NCBI GenBank assembly: GCA_017988595.1
Contig: JAGNRR010000001.1
Location: 1 to 33,508, forward strand
DNA: 33,508 bases
Direction of reading: 5' to 3'
From: Chitinophagaceae bacterium
GTDB lineage: Bacteria > Bacteroidota > Bacteroidia > Chitinophagales > Chitinophagaceae
Shown: piece by piece, positions 1 through 10,196 of the stretch
Position numbering within the stretch: position 1 is the first letter of the stretch
How the letters are laid out: each line of letters begins with the position of its first letter
Position numbers and translations under genes: made by a program
The notes under the pieces: generated by a model
Told to the model about the DNA's origin: nothing
What the model saw: the letters and a program-made list of their open reading frames with translations, nothing else
The model's database searches: none

Positions 1-1
1 T

Positions 2-2515
2 AATAATAATTTTTCAAGTTTTACAAATCAAATCACAATTTCTTTTTGGGCAAATGGAAATCCAAATATTTTACCTGTAAATACTTCAGCATTTTATTCT
101 ACTCATGCGCTAAACCATAGACAAGTAAATATTCATTTACCTTGGAGTAATTCAAGAATTTATTGGGATTGTGGTTCTGGTGGTCCATCGGATAGAATAG
201 ATCAATTGGCTACAAATAATGAATTTAAAGGTCAATGGAATCATTATACATTTACCAAAAATGCAACTACCGGTGTAATGAATATTTATATCAATGGAAC
301 GCTTTTTATGACAGGAACAGGCAAAACTATCCCTATAGAATTAACAACTTTTATGATTGGAGCTGGACCGAACATGGTGAATCCTTATTTTGGTAAAATA
401 GATGATTTTAGCCTTTGGGATACAGAATTATCTTTAGCAACAATTCAAAACTGGATGAATAAAAAAATCAGTGCAATCCACCCTAATTTCTCAAACTTAA
501 AGGCATATTATAAATTGAATGAAGGTTCAGGAAATATTTGTTTTGATGCTGCTTCAATTGCAATTTTAAGCAGCAACATTTCTGGACTTTCTACTTGGAA
601 TTTTTTCAAAGGAAAAGATATTTTTAAAAATTTTGTAGAAACCACAAATCGTCCTCAAGTAAGCTTTGTAAAAGGAACTTATACGCAAACAATTACACCA
701 ATTGTAATTTTAGATTCGATTCAAAATACACAAAAAACAGTTTATGAATTTGCCATTGTAAATGGAAATGTAACTCCTATAGACACAACAAATTATTTTG
801 CATCTGGTTATACATATATTTATGATGGAGATAATAATTCATTATTAGATTCAGTTTTAATTGCTTCACAAGGAACAATTAATATAATTGATTTAAATTA
901 TTTTTTAAAATCACCTTCACGTTTCCAAATTATGTCATTTGTAACACCTTATGGAAATGGTTTAAACTTAGGTGCTGCAGGTAAAACATGGACTTTTGAT
1001 GTAACTGATTTTGCACCAATATTGAAAGGCAAAAAAAGAATGACAATGGATGCTGGTGGACAATGGCAAGAAGACATGGACATTAAATTTTTATTTATCG
1101 TTGGCACACCTCCAAAAAATATTATTGACATAAATAATATTTGGAAAGTTGAAAGTGTAGGCTATACCAACATTATAAATGATGCAAAATTTGAACCACG
1201 ACAAGTAAAAATGAAAGCCAATGCTAGTAGTTTTAAAATTAGAACAGCAATTACAGGTCATGGACAAGAAGGCGAATTTATTCCTCGAACACACCAATTA
1301 AATATTGGAGGGGGCAGTCCAGAATTTTCATGGGATGTTTGGAAAAAATGTGGCGAAAACCCAGTTTATCCTCAAGGGGGAACTTGGATTTATGACAGAG
1401 CTGGGTGGTGTCCAGGAATGGCGACTGATTTAGTAGAATCTAATATTACAAGTTTTGTAACACCTGGTCAAAATGCTGAAATAGATTATCATTTAATTAC
1501 AGCATCTGGCTCATCAAATTATTGGGTTAGTAATCAGTTGGTAGAATATGGTGATGCAAATTTTGCATTAGATGCTGCAATTGAAGATATAAAAAATCCA
1601 ACGTCAAAAGTAGAATATGCCAGAGTAAATCCAATTTGCAATCAACCAACAATTGTAATAAAAAATACTGGAACAGCAGTATTGACAAGTTTGAAAATTG
1701 AATATTGGATTAATAATAGTACCCAAAAAGAAGTCTATAATTGGACAGGAAATCTTGCTTTCTTAGAAAAAACAGAAGTTGTGCTTCCATCAAATGATAT
1801 TTTTTGGAGTGCAGTAAATAATCCTACTGATAATATTTTTAATGTAGAAATTAGCAAACCAAATAACGGAACTGATGGCTACATTCACAACAATAAAATG
1901 AAAAGTAATTTCAATGTGACAAATGTAGTGCCTGCTGATTTCGTATTATGGGTACGTACAAATAATTTTGGTGCTGAAACTAAATATAAAATTATTGATC
2001 AATTTAATAATGTAGTTCTTGACAGAAATTCTCTTTCAAATAATACAGACTACAAAGACACATTAAAATTTGCACCAGGGTGCTACAAATTAATTTTAGA
2101 AGATGCTGGCGAAGATGGTCTTTCATTTTGGGCAAACTCTGCAGCAGGAACAGGTTGGGCAAGATTTAGAAGAACATCCGGTTCATCTTTATTTACTCTA
2201 CAACCAGATTTTGGAACCTCTTCAATTATTAGTTTCACAATAGATTTTCCGCTTTCTTTTGAAGATTTATATGAAAAAAACTTAGTGAAATTATATCCAA
2301 ATCCTGCTCAAGATATTGTTACTTTAGAAGCCGAAAATATTTCTGAAAATTCGATTTCAATTTTTAATTCTATCGGTCAAAAAATTATTCTATCAGAAGT
2401 AAAAGAAATAAATAAAATAAAATTTGATACTAAAAATTTACCTATTGGTTTGTATCATGTTTTAATCAATGATAAAAATGGCAAAACACAAACCCTAAAA
2501 TTAATAAAAGAATAA
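2..2515 (+). CDS. T9SS-secreted multidomain protein (LamG/concanavalin-like region, PNGase F-like domain, C-terminal T9SS sorting domain); 5' end lies outside the window
   Basis: The reading frame is open from base 2. The TTG at 206 used by the ORF track is internal, so the gene starts upstream of the window. The N-terminal part (YINGTLF...GKIDDFSLWD) looks like a LamG-type lectin fold. FVTPYG...FDVTDF and DRAGWCPGMA match motifs I remember from Elizabethkingia PNGase F. The last ~75 aa (LYPNPAQDIVTLE...GLYHVLINDKNGKTQTLKLIKE) form a typical T9SS type A C-terminal domain. Confidence 0.75.
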   Translation, partial: NNNFSSFTNQITISFWANGNPNILPVNTSAFYSTHALNHRQVNIHLPWSNSRIYWDCGSGGPSDRIDQLATNNEFKGQWNHYTFTKNATTGVMNIYINGTLFMTGTGKTIPIELTTFMIGAGPNMVNPYFGKIDDFSLWDTELSLATIQNWMNKKISAIHPNFSNLKAYYKLNEGSGNICFDAASIAILSSNISGLSTWNFFKGKDIFKNFVETTNRPQVSFVKGTYTQTITPIVILDSIQNTQKTVYEFAIVNGNVTPIDTTNYFASGYTYIYDGDNNSLLDSVLIASQGTINIIDLNYFLKSPSRFQIMSFVTPYGNGLNLGAAGKTWTFDVTDFAPILKGKKRMTMDAGGQWQEDMDIKFLFIVGTPPKNIIDINNIWKVESVGYTNIINDAKFEPRQVKMKANASSFKIRTAITGHGQEGEFIPRTHQLNIGGGSPEFSWDVWKKCGENPVYPQGGTWIYDRAGWCPGMATDLVESNITSFVTPGQNAEIDYHLITASGSSNYWVSNQLVEYGDANFALDAAIEDIKNPTSKVEYARVNPICNQPTIVIKNTGTAVLTSLKIEYWINNSTQKEVYNWTGNLAFLEKTEVVLPSNDIFWSAVNNPTDNIFNVEISKPNNGTDGYIHNNKMKSNFNVTNVVPADFVLWVRTNNFGAETKYKIIDQFNNVVLDRNSLSNNTDYKDTLKFAPGCYKLILEDAGEDGLSFWANSAAGTGWARFRRTSGSSLFTLQPDFGTSSIISFTIDFPLSFEDLYEKNLVKLYPNPAQDIVTLEAENISENSISIFNSIGQKIILSEVKEINKIKFDTKNLPIGLYHVLINDKNGKTQTLKLIKE

Positions 2516-2524
2516 ACTAATTTT

Positions 2525-4456
2525 TTACACCAATTTTAATATTTCGGCGACTATCGATGGCTCTATAAGCGTTGATATATCGCCGAAATTTTCTTTTTCG
2601 CCTTCGGCAATTTTTCTTAAAATTCGTCGCATTATTTTTCCACTTCTTGTTTTGGGAAGTCCACTTACAAAAATTATTTTTTCTGGTTTTGAAAAAGAAC
2701 CAATTTGATTTGAGACCATTTCAAGAATATGAGCTGAAACTATTTTTTCATCAATATTATTTTTATCACAAATCACAAAAGCCATAATTGCCTGCCCTTT
2801 TATATCATGCGGAAAACCCACCACAGCACTTTCAATAATATGTTCATTTTTGTTTAATACATTTTCAAGTTCCGCTGTGCCAATTCGATGTCCACTTACA
2901 TTCAACACATCATCTACCCTGCCTGTAATTCTATAATTTCCTTCTGTATCACGCAGACAGCCATCGCCTGTAAAATAATTATTTTTATATGTCGAAAAAT
3001 AAGTTTACTTAAATCGTTCGTGATTTCCATAGGTAGTTCTTATTATCGATGGCCAAGGAAAACTAATACAGAGATTTCCGCTAATAATTTCAGATGGTAA
3101 ATTTTTCAACGTACTATTTCCGCCTTCTATTTCTTCACCAATTTCATTCATTAATTTTAATTGAATTCCAGGCATAGGCAATGTTGCAAAACTTGGTTTG
3201 TGTGGTGAAATTCCTGCAAGATTAGATATCATTATTCCACCAGTTTCGGTTTGCCACCATGTATCTACAATGGGACAATGTTCTTTACCTATATTTTTAA
3301 AATACCATTGCCACGCTTCTTCATTTATAGGTTCGCCTACAGTTCCTAAAACTTTTAATGAAGACAAATTTCTATTTTCAAAAAATTCATCTTCAAAACT
3401 CATCAAACTTCTTATAGCTGTTGGTGCTGTATAAAAAATGTTTACGTTGTGTTTTTCTATTATATCCCAAAAACGTCCAGCATCTGGAAAAGTAGGAATT
3501 CCTTCAAACATCAATGTTGTAGCTCCTGCACACAATGGTGCATAAATCAAATAACTATGTCCTGTAATCCATCCTGCATCGGCTGTGCAAAAATATACAT
3601 CGTCAGGTTTGTATTGAAAAACATTTACAAATGTATAGGCTGTATAAACCATATAGCCTCCACAAGAATGCACTACACCCTTTGGTGTACCCGTACTTCC
3701 GCTGGTATATAAAATAAATAATTCGTCTTCGGCATCCATCGTTTCGGCTTCAAAAAAAGTATTATCCACTTTTTGAATTTCATCATGCCACCACACATCA
3801 ATTTCCGATTTCATTTCAATAGTTTCATTTGTTCGTTTACAAACAATAACTTTTTTTACTGAATTGCAATTTATTAATGCGTCATCAATATTTTTTTTCA
3901 ATGAAATAATTTTATTTCCTCTATATCCGCCATCGGCAGTGATGACAATATTGCATTGTGCATCATTTATTCGATCTGCGATACTTTGTGATGAAAAACC
4001 CGCAAAAACTACCGAATGAATTGCTCCAATTCTTGCGCAAGCCAAAACTGCAATTGTCAATTCAGGAATCATAGGCATATAAATACAAATTCTATCGCCT
4101 TTTTTTGCGCCATTATTTTTTAGCACATGGCAAAATTGATTAACTTTTTCGAGCAATTCTCCATACGTTATCATTTTGCTTTCTTCGGCTACAAAATTAC
4201 TTTCCCAAATTAATGCTATGGCATTTGGTTTTTCTGCTGCCCATCGATCCAAACAATTTTCGGTAATATTAAGTTTGCCGTTTTCAAACCAAGTGGTTTT
4301 GGCAGTTTCAAAATTCCAATTTAAAACAGATGTGTATTTTTCTTTCCAAATAAAATGCTGCGCAATTTCATCCCAAAACAGCTCTGGCTGGGCAATGCTT
4401 TGCTGATATTTATTATGATATTCTTGTATTGATTTTATTTGAAAAGGATAGGACAT
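2525..4456 (-). pseudogene. acs: AMP-forming acetyl-CoA synthetase interrupted by a single in-frame TAA (complement of 3005-3007)
   Basis: The 483-aa ORF (3005-4456) and the 127-aa ORF (2525-2908) are in the same frame. Translating straight through gives ...[55 protein letters not shown]..., which is colinear with the Acs sequence I recall from E. coli (HERFEQTYFS...[20 protein letters not shown]). The C-terminal fragment carries the conserved PKTRSGKIMRRILRKIA motif. Confidence 0.88.
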
Positions 4457-4491
4457 GAATTTTTAAATTTCTATAAAATTAAAAAAATAAT

Positions 4492-5058
4492 TTATTTTAA
4501 TGAACAATATTTTCTTGCTTCTTCAATAGGGAATTTATTTTCTAAATCTACATCGTTGTAACTTTTATATTTGCCCCAACCAAATAGTTTTTCAAAAAAA
4601 GGCAACAATTTTTTATTGTTTATTTTGCTTAAAAAATATTCTTCGTGTTCTTTTTCTTTGATACCCATTTCAAATAAAACATCATTGTGTTCTATAATAT
4701 TTTCTTCATAAAAATATTTCATCATTTTAAAATATTCGCACACATTACCACTTTCTAATTTTCCTGCAAAGAAAAAAGGCATAAACCAACCAATGACAAA
4801 ACAAGAATAAGAAATTACTTTTCCGATGACATAAAAACGAATTTCATACCACTTAGAAACAGGAATTTGATATTGCAGCATAATTTTTAATACCTCTTCA
4901 CGGTGATGCCATTCATCCGATTCTATTTGTTTGATAGCAATTTTTTCATCTTTATTTTTCACTGATGCAGCATGACCTTGATAGGCAAATGCAGCTGCTT
5001 TTTCGGCAGAATAGGCTTTTTGCAAGAGCGTTATGAGGGTTTTGTTTTGCAATTTCAT
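4492..5058 (-). CDS. ferritin-like/rubrerythrin-like helical protein with one hydrophobic segment (function unknown)
   Basis: The ORF begins most plausibly at ATG 5058 (MKLQNK...); the track's TTG at 5070 is less likely. The E..H pairs (SDEWHHREE, EKEHEEYF) suggest a di-iron four-helix-bundle family. VIGWFMPFFFAG looks like a membrane segment. Confidence 0.5.
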   Translation of the reverse strand: MKLQNKTLITLLQKAYSAEKAAAFAYQGHAASVKNKDEKIAIKQIESDEWHHREEVLKIMLQYQIPVSKWYEIRFYVIGKVISYSCFVIGWFMPFFFAGKLESGNVCEYFKMMKYFYEENIIEHNDVLFEMGIKEKEHEEYFLSKINNKKLLPFFEKLFGWGKYKSYNDVDLENKFPIEEARKYCSLK

Positions 5059-5133
5059 GAACACTTGCAAGGTAATAAAATTGTAGTTTATTGAATAAAA
5101 AATATAGAAAATAGAAGTAAAATAAAATAGTTT

Positions 5134-6453
5134 TTATTTGCAATTTTCTAGAACTAATTTTTCAGCATCATCATAACCTAATTCTATTGCTTTTTTAAAA
5201 TCTAAACAAGCACTTTCTTTTTGATTTAATTTTATTTTACAGATTCCACGATTGTTATATACCACACCCAAATTAGGGTTTAACTCAATTGCTTTATCAA
5301 AATCTTTTATAGCTTCTTGATAATTTTTTAACCCACATTTTGCATTTCCAAGATTAAAATAAGCATCTACATCATTTAGATTTAATTCTATTGATTTAGA
5401 ACAATCTGAAATAGCACCTAAGTAATCTTTTAATTCAACTTTTGCAAACCCACGATTGTTATAAGCTGCTGAAAAATCTGGGTTTAATTCTAATGCTTTA
5501 CTAAAGTCAAATATAGCACCTTGATTATCATTTAATAACACTTTTATTCTACCACGATTATAATAAAAATCTTCATCATTTTGGTTTAAGTCAATTGCTT
5601 TTGTATAATCCTCAATCGCTCCATAATAATCACCCAAATCTTCTTTTGTAATTCCACGATTATAATATACATCAGCCTCTTTTGGATTTATTTCAATCGC
5701 TTTTGTATAATCCTCAATCGCTCCTTTAAAATCTTCTAAATCATCTTTAACACTTCCACGGTTATAATAAGAATCAGCATCTTTAGGATTTATTTCAATT
5801 GCTTTCGTATAATCTTCTATTGCTCCATCAAAATCTTGAAATTCATGTTTTGCATTTCCTCGATTATAAAATGAATTATCTTTCATTGGATTTAATTCTA
5901 TTGCTTTTGTAAAATCTAAAATAGCTCCTTGATAATCTTCTAGTTTATCTTTTGCAACTCCACGATTATTATATATCTCGGCATCCTTTGGATTTAATTC
6001 AATTGCTTTTGTATAATCTTCTATTGCTCCTTTAAAATCTTCTAATTTATCTTTCACATCACCGCGGTTATAATAATTATCAGCATCTTTAGGATTTAAG
6101 TCAATTGCTTTTGTGTAATCTTCTATCGCTCCTTGATAATCTTTAAAATCATCTTTTACCATTCCACGATTATAATATCCTTTTTCATCTTTAGGATTTA
6201 AGTCAATTACTTTAGTAAAATCTTCTATTGCTCCTTGAAAATCTTTAAGATTAGCTTTTGCAATTCCGCGATTAATATATGCATTTATATATTTAGAATT
6301 TTTATTTATTGCTTTTGTAAAATTAGTAATAGCACCTTGATAGTCTTGTTTTTTAAATTTAAGATTTCCTTTTTTATAATAAACTTTACTTAAATTACAA
6401 CTACAAAATAAAATTGAAAATAAAACTAAAACAATAAGGAATATTTTTTTCAT
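5134..6453 (-). CDS. tetratricopeptide-repeat lipoprotein (12 consecutive TPR units)
   Basis: There is a signal peptide with a lipobox-like LFCSC. The motif GAIxD(Y/F)TKAI(E/D)(L/I)NPKDAxxYYNRG recurs 12 times with a 34-aa period. Confidence 0.88.
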   Translation of the reverse strand: MKKIFLIVLVLFSILFCSCNLSKVYYKKGNLKFKKQDYQGAITNFTKAINKNSKYINAYINRGIAKANLKDFQGAIEDFTKVIDLNPKDEKGYYNRGMVKDDFKDYQGAIEDYTKAIDLNPKDADNYYNRGDVKDKLEDFKGAIEDYTKAIELNPKDAEIYNNRGVAKDKLEDYQGAILDFTKAIELNPMKDNSFYNRGNAKHEFQDFDGAIEDYTKAIEINPKDADSYYNRGSVKDDLEDFKGAIEDYTKAIEINPKEADVYYNRGITKEDLGDYYGAIEDYTKAIDLNQNDEDFYYNRGRIKVLLNDNQGAIFDFSKALELNPDFSAAYNNRGFAKVELKDYLGAISDCSKSIELNLNDVDAYFNLGNAKCGLKNYQEAIKDFDKAIELNPNLGVVYNNRGICKIKLNQKESACLDFKKAIELGYDDAEKLVLENCK

Positions 6454-6496
6454 TTTCTTTTAAACTTAAGATTTAATTTATTTAAAGTTAATTAAA

Positions 6497-8032
6497 TTAA
6501 TTATTAAACTTCACATTATCGAAATCAAAAAAACCAGTGCTAGGGTTTACTTTTATCAATAAACAATGTCGATATTTGGTAGGGAAAATTGAGGTGTAAT
6601 TATATTCTGATTTTGGAATTACATATTTATCGCTTGTAATTATTCCATTTCTATAAATAATATTTCCTAGTGTTTTCTTTTTTGTTGACGAGTTTACATT
6701 CAAATATACATACGAAATGTCATCGCCTACCTTCAAGGGATTTTCGATAAAATAATGCACATCCATCCCCCTATTTTTTTTAATATAAAATGCACCCATC
6801 TGTGGCGAACGAGAATATTTTTTAGGAAGTGCTCTGCCACTCAATTTGCATTTTTCTACATACAATTGTTGCACATCTACTTCTGCATCTATTTCAAACA
6901 TCGCTATATGCGATTTATTGAATGTAATATGATTGTTTCTACTCATTCTTATTTTTGTAATTGTTCGTTGCAGATGTTCGGCAGAAAGCAACCAATTGCC
7001 TGTAGCTAATTTTTTAGCTAAATGAAAATATACATACGAATTGATAATTAATTTTGTGGATTTAGCCACTGAATCTGTTTTTAAGGTTTCAGTTAATTCA
7101 TTATACTTTTCTGAAATTAAATTTCCATTTTCTGAAATTCGATGAATGCAAATGCCATATTTTATTTTGCCATACTTCCCTTTTTTCTTTGTAAATTGAG
7201 ATACAATTTCTATTTGACCTTTTTGAATATCTGCTGCAATAGGAAATATCTCGATATTTTCTTGGGTGTTCAATTTCAATTCTCCTAAAACATTATTACC
7301 ATGCAATGCATTTATTTCTACAACACAATCATATTTATAAAACTTTGCATTGCCGTGTTTATAATACGTTGCTTTTACAAATAATTGTTTATTGGCTCCA
7401 ATAATTTGTGCATTTTCAAATCCATTTTTGCCTTCACTTTGAGTAACAATTAGTTTATTATCTTTTGATAAAAATACCGAAGCATATTTTGGATTGCCTC
7501 CAGAATAAAGTTGAATATTATCTAAAATCCCAACTTGATTTATAGCATAAATAGGTGTGGGTTGAAAATCTGAAAATTTATAATCCACTACAGGTGTTGC
7601 TTTATTCCAAATTTTAAACGTTGTGGGTTGTGTAATTTTCAAACTAATTGTTGTGTCAAAAACCAATCCTGCATCTTGATTTAAAACTATATAGCGTACC
7701 AAATTTTTACTCGACACAAACTTTGACACAAATTGCTCTCCATTAAATACAACAGCTTCAAAATTAAAATTCTTTTCCAGATGCACTTTTTTTTCGCCCA
7801 ATTGATTTAAGTTATCATCGTATATGGCTATGGAATAGCTTGAAGAATCTTTACTAATATTATCCAATTTATACACCATAGCATGACCTACCAAGATATT
7901 ATTTTTTAACATTGGCGAAAGAAACGTATGGTCTTTATCAAAAAACATTCCATTATTCTGTGCAGAAATTGATAGACAACATGTAAATAAAATGGCGAAA
8001 AGAAAAATAAATTTTTTATTTATTATACTCAT
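6497..8032 (-). CDS. secreted hypothetical protein (511 aa)
   Basis: Long ORF with an N-terminal signal peptide (FIFLFAILFTCCLSISAQ). It overlaps the upstream M48 gene by 17 nt, which indicates an operon. I recognise no family. Confidence 0.6.
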   Translation of the reverse strand: MSIINKKFIFLFAILFTCCLSISAQNNGMFFDKDHTFLSPMLKNNILVGHAMVYKLDNISKDSSSYSIAIYDDNLNQLGEKKVHLEKNFNFEAVVFNGEQFVSKFVSSKNLVRYIVLNQDAGLVFDTTISLKITQPTTFKIWNKATPVVDYKFSDFQPTPIYAINQVGILDNIQLYSGGNPKYASVFLSKDNKLIVTQSEGKNGFENAQIIGANKQLFVKATYYKHGNAKFYKYDCVVEINALHGNNVLGELKLNTQENIEIFPIAADIQKGQIEIVSQFTKKKGKYGKIKYGICIHRISENGNLISEKYNELTETLKTDSVAKSTKLIINSYVYFHLAKKLATGNWLLSAEHLQRTITKIRMSRNNHITFNKSHIAMFEIDAEVDVQQLYVEKCKLSGRALPKKYSRSPQMGAFYIKKNRGMDVHYFIENPLKVGDDISYVYLNVNSSTKKKTLGNIIYRNGIITSDKYVIPKSEYNYTSIFPTKYRHCLLIKVNPSTGFFDFDNVKFNN

Positions 8033-9410
8033 TATATAGGCTTTTAAGGTTTGGATAAGAAGCTAATTTTGATTGAAAATTATTTAAAAAATTTTTGACG
8101 ATTAGCTCAAATTCTTTTGTTGTTGTTCGATCTATAATTCTCAATAAATCATTGTAGCCATTTGCCAAATCTTCAGATTCAATAGGAATGTGCTTTTGCA
8201 CTTCATGTTTATTAATTGCTTTATATAATAAATCTAAATTTTCGGCTACATTTCTATATAAAAAATTATAATTTGGATATTTGGGAATAATCTTCAACGA
8301 ATAAAAAACCAAGGCGCTGTATCTTTTATTCAATTTATACAATTCTAATTCTTCCATATCACTTGCCAATAAAAGTGTATCAAATGCATTTTTATCTATC
8401 AAAAATTCTTTTATATTTTGAGCTTCATATTTCAATCCAGACAATTTTTGTTTGATTAATGCAGTTCTGTTTTTCATATCAGGATGCGTTTTTAAAGAAT
8501 CCTCATCAAAATCAAACAATTTAGAATCTCCAAAAGTCAATGGTGTATTGTCTTTAAAAATCCATTCATCTTTTATTTTATCATTCTTATTTGCAAAATA
8601 AGTATTGTAATTTATTTCTGTAGTATCAACATCCGCATTTTCTAACGACATAAAAAATCGTTCAATACTTACCATTTCATAATTTGTATTTTTGATTATT
8701 TCCACTGCAAAAGAATCTGCTGCCGATTCAAATTGTCGGCTATATTTTGCAAAATCATATTTAGCATTTTTTATAAATTGTATAGACTTATCCAATTTAT
8801 TAAATTTTGCTCTGTTTATATCTCTTATTTCTTTTTTAAATTCTTTGTTTTTGATTTTTTCTTGATGTGCAATAAAATTTTGTTCCACATGAGATAATAA
8901 TTTATGTGATAATTCATGTGCAATTACAAAAGCAAGTTGCGCTTCATTCTTTGTAAGTTTAAATAAACCCATGTTTACATACAACCGATTATCGCCCATA
9001 TTAAAGGCATTTGGCGATGTATAACGTGTTAAAACAACTTCAAATTTTTCAGTTATTCCATTTGATTTCAAAATGGTATCCAATATTTTATTCAAATAAT
9101 TTACCAGTCTAGGCTCGGCTATAAACTGTTTACTTTTAGAAGCTTCGGAATGAGAAAGGTATAATTTATACAAATAATCTTTATATAATTTATTAATCTT
9201 ATCATCTTTACTATAAAATTTATATTTATTTATTTTAGTATTATAAAACTTAGTTTTATTTTTTGAATACGATTTTGTGCTGTATTTTAATGGAATATAT
9301 TCATCTGCTTGCTGGGCAAAAGAATTAAATATGCCTAAAAAATTTATTGCAAAAAATAAAACAATTATTCTCGTTAAATGTCGATTTCGATTACCATCCA
9401 TATTTATCAT
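8016..9410 (-). CDS. M48-like zinc metallopeptidase, secreted or membrane-anchored
   Basis: It has an HExxH motif in an M48-like context (FVIAHELSHKLLSH) and an N-terminal hydrophobic signal/anchor. It overlaps both neighbouring genes. Confidence 0.7.
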   Translation of the reverse strand: MINMDGNRNRHLTRIIVLFFAINFLGIFNSFAQQADEYIPLKYSTKSYSKNKTKFYNTKINKYKFYSKDDKINKLYKDYLYKLYLSHSEASKSKQFIAEPRLVNYLNKILDTILKSNGITEKFEVVLTRYTSPNAFNMGDNRLYVNMGLFKLTKNEAQLAFVIAHELSHKLLSHVEQNFIAHQEKIKNKEFKKEIRDINRAKFNKLDKSIQFIKNAKYDFAKYSRQFESAADSFAVEIIKNTNYEMVSIERFFMSLENADVDTTEINYNTYFANKNDKIKDEWIFKDNTPLTFGDSKLFDFDEDSLKTHPDMKNRTALIKQKLSGLKYEAQNIKEFLIDKNAFDTLLLASDMEELELYKLNKRYSALVFYSLKIIPKYPNYNFLYRNVAENLDLLYKAINKHEVQKHIPIESEDLANGYNDLLRIIDRTTTKEFELIVKNFLNNFQSKLASYPNLKSLYNEYNK

Positions 9411-10095
9411 TTATTCTTCTGTCTTTATGTTTTAAATTATAAAAAATGCCTGCACTTAAATTTCCATTAAAAGTGCCAGCTTCTAAACTAATTCCTATTT
9501 TGTTTGTGATTAAAAATTTTGCGCCTAATCCCACTTCAAAAACAACTGGGAAAACTGTATTCCTTTTTAATTGAAAATAAGCACCATAACTAAAAGAACT
9601 TTTTTCCATTTCATCTAACGATTCACTCATAGTTATAGAAGCAAATTTTATTCCGCCATTTAAAAATCCATATAAATTTAATTTTGGGCTTGCTCTAAAA
9701 TATCGAACCAATCTAGCTTTGAAAGCCATTTGACTTCCATTACTTTTAAAACTTTTCGAAATGGTATCATGTAGTTTATACGAATCATTAAACTTAAAAG
9801 AAAAATATTCAATACTGGCTCCTATTGCTGTATAATCATTTGCAGCATATTCAAAAACAAGATTTATTGGCGGCAATGCTTTAATATCATATTCCAAATT
9901 TGATTCATAATTATCCAATAAATAATCATTATTAAGTTGGCTATTCATAATTCGTTTATAATTATTCGAAAATCCAACTTGCACACCAAATTGCATATTG
10001 CCCTCAGCCATCATGTGTTCTTGGGAAAAAATTGGTGTTGAAGATATTAAAAAACATATTAAAAAACACAGGAATAGTTTTAGTTTTTGAAACAT
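9391..10095 (-). CDS. small outer-membrane beta-barrel (porin-family) protein
   Basis: Signal peptide (LFLCFLICFLISSTPIFSQ), alternating hydrophobic strands and a C-terminal aromatic-rich end (SAGIFYNL...). The size is typical of 8-10-strand barrels. Confidence 0.55.
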   Translation of the reverse strand: MFQKLKLFLCFLICFLISSTPIFSQEHMMAEGNMQFGVQVGFSNNYKRIMNSQLNNDYLLDNYESNLEYDIKALPPINLVFEYAANDYTAIGASIEYFSFKFNDSYKLHDTISKSFKSNGSQMAFKARLVRYFRASPKLNLYGFLNGGIKFASITMSESLDEMEKSSFSYGAYFQLKRNTVFPVVFEVGLGAKFLITNKIGISLEAGTFNGNLSAGIFYNLKHKDRRINDKYGW

Positions 10096-10156
10096 AAAAA
10101 GGGTTAAGGCATTAAATATAAAAAACTAATTTTTTAAAAAAAAATTTATTTAAATA

Positions 10157-10196
10157 GTTTTTATTAACGGTAGTTTTGTTTTATTAACGGTAGTCT
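10157..10196. repeat. two tandem copies of a 20-bp unit (core TTATTAACGGTAGT at 10161-10174 and 10181-10194)
   Basis: The 14-nt core is an exact duplicate with 20-bp spacing. It lies 66-99 bp upstream of the start of the minus-strand barrel/M48 operon. Confidence 0.8.

Noticed and set aside
3005-3007. Reassignment of TAA to a sense codon (two in-frame TAAs in the window)
   Set aside because: TAA clearly terminates well-conserved proteins here at their expected ends, for example ahcY ending ...MYRY-TAA and the first T9SS cargo gene ending its sorting domain at TAA. Global reassignment is therefore not tenable. Only local readthrough, mutation or sequencing error remain.
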